From positions 22,754,001 to 22,818,000 of the forward strand of contig OX597820.1 of the NCBI GenBank assembly GCA_951406725.2: a DNA stretch of 64,000 nucleotides. Direction: 5' to 3'. A program made the position numbers and the translations under genes. Source of the stretch: Octopus vulgaris (lineage: Eukaryota). Below, piece after piece: positions 63,613 to 64,000 of the stretch (the stretch's first letter is position 1; every line of letters starts with the position of its first letter). The notes beneath the pieces were generated by a model, which had not been told where the DNA came from, ran no database searches, and worked only from the letters and a program-made list of their open reading frames with translations.

Positions 63613-64000
63613 GAGAGAGATATGTAATTTTGGAAAATAAAATGAGTGGAGAATTGGTCACTATAGCTGTGGTAGATTTTCAAACAGAAGAGAAAAATTG
63701 GGAACCAGATAGTAAAACAATTTCAATAGTAAAATAATTGCATATACAAGTGACAGCTTAGCAAGGAACTCAAAAATATTGCATATGAATGTGTGTATAT
63801 ATATATATCAATTGGGCAAATAGTAGGTGAACCAGTTTTTCAAACAGAAGTAGCAGTCTGCTAAGCCATCTGTTGGCTTGTCATTCAAAAGGTTAATAGT
63901 TTGTATCCAATCAGTGGCACCAAGTTACATTGCACACCTGGTGTACCTAGCCTTAATTACATCATATGTGTAATAGGTATAGATCTTTGTTTTAGGCAAT

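Noticed and set aside
1-64000. CRISPR array, operon or other prokaryotic defence system
   Set aside because: The sequence is intron-rich eukaryotic DNA, with no regularly spaced repeat-spacer array or long ORFs.

Overview
Eukaryotic, very AT-rich genomic DNA. The SINE and RTE-tail repeats resemble those I recall from Octopus, so a coleoid cephalopod is likely (inference). The whole window lies inside one minus-strand gene, a liprin-alpha (PPFIA/SYD-2) orthologue. Eight internal coding exons (41012-41233, 28024-28170, 24829-24963, 15385-15468, 12420-12614, 11942-12018, 7951-8077, 4332-4549) splice with canonical GT-AG sites and compatible phases. They give about 401 aa covering the N-terminal coiled coil through the ...[27 protein letters not shown] motif. 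The start, stop and SAM domains lie outside the window. The rest is intron, filled with tRNA-derived SINEs, RTE-tailed SINE/LINE fragments, MITEs (hAT-like, piggyBac-like), Helitron/Helentron-type elements, foldback repeats and microsatellites. Almost all other ORFs in the supplied track are spurious. There is no prokaryotic-type system here. The most interesting unexplained signals concern RNA processing: candidate neural microexons (best at 22196-22213), in-frame alternative terminal or poison exons, a possible recursive splice site, long foldback dsRNA next to a divergent exon (possible ADAR recoding), inverted SINE pairs flanking exons, and CpG-retaining patches. All of these are hypotheses from sequence only. 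Repeat boundaries are approximate.
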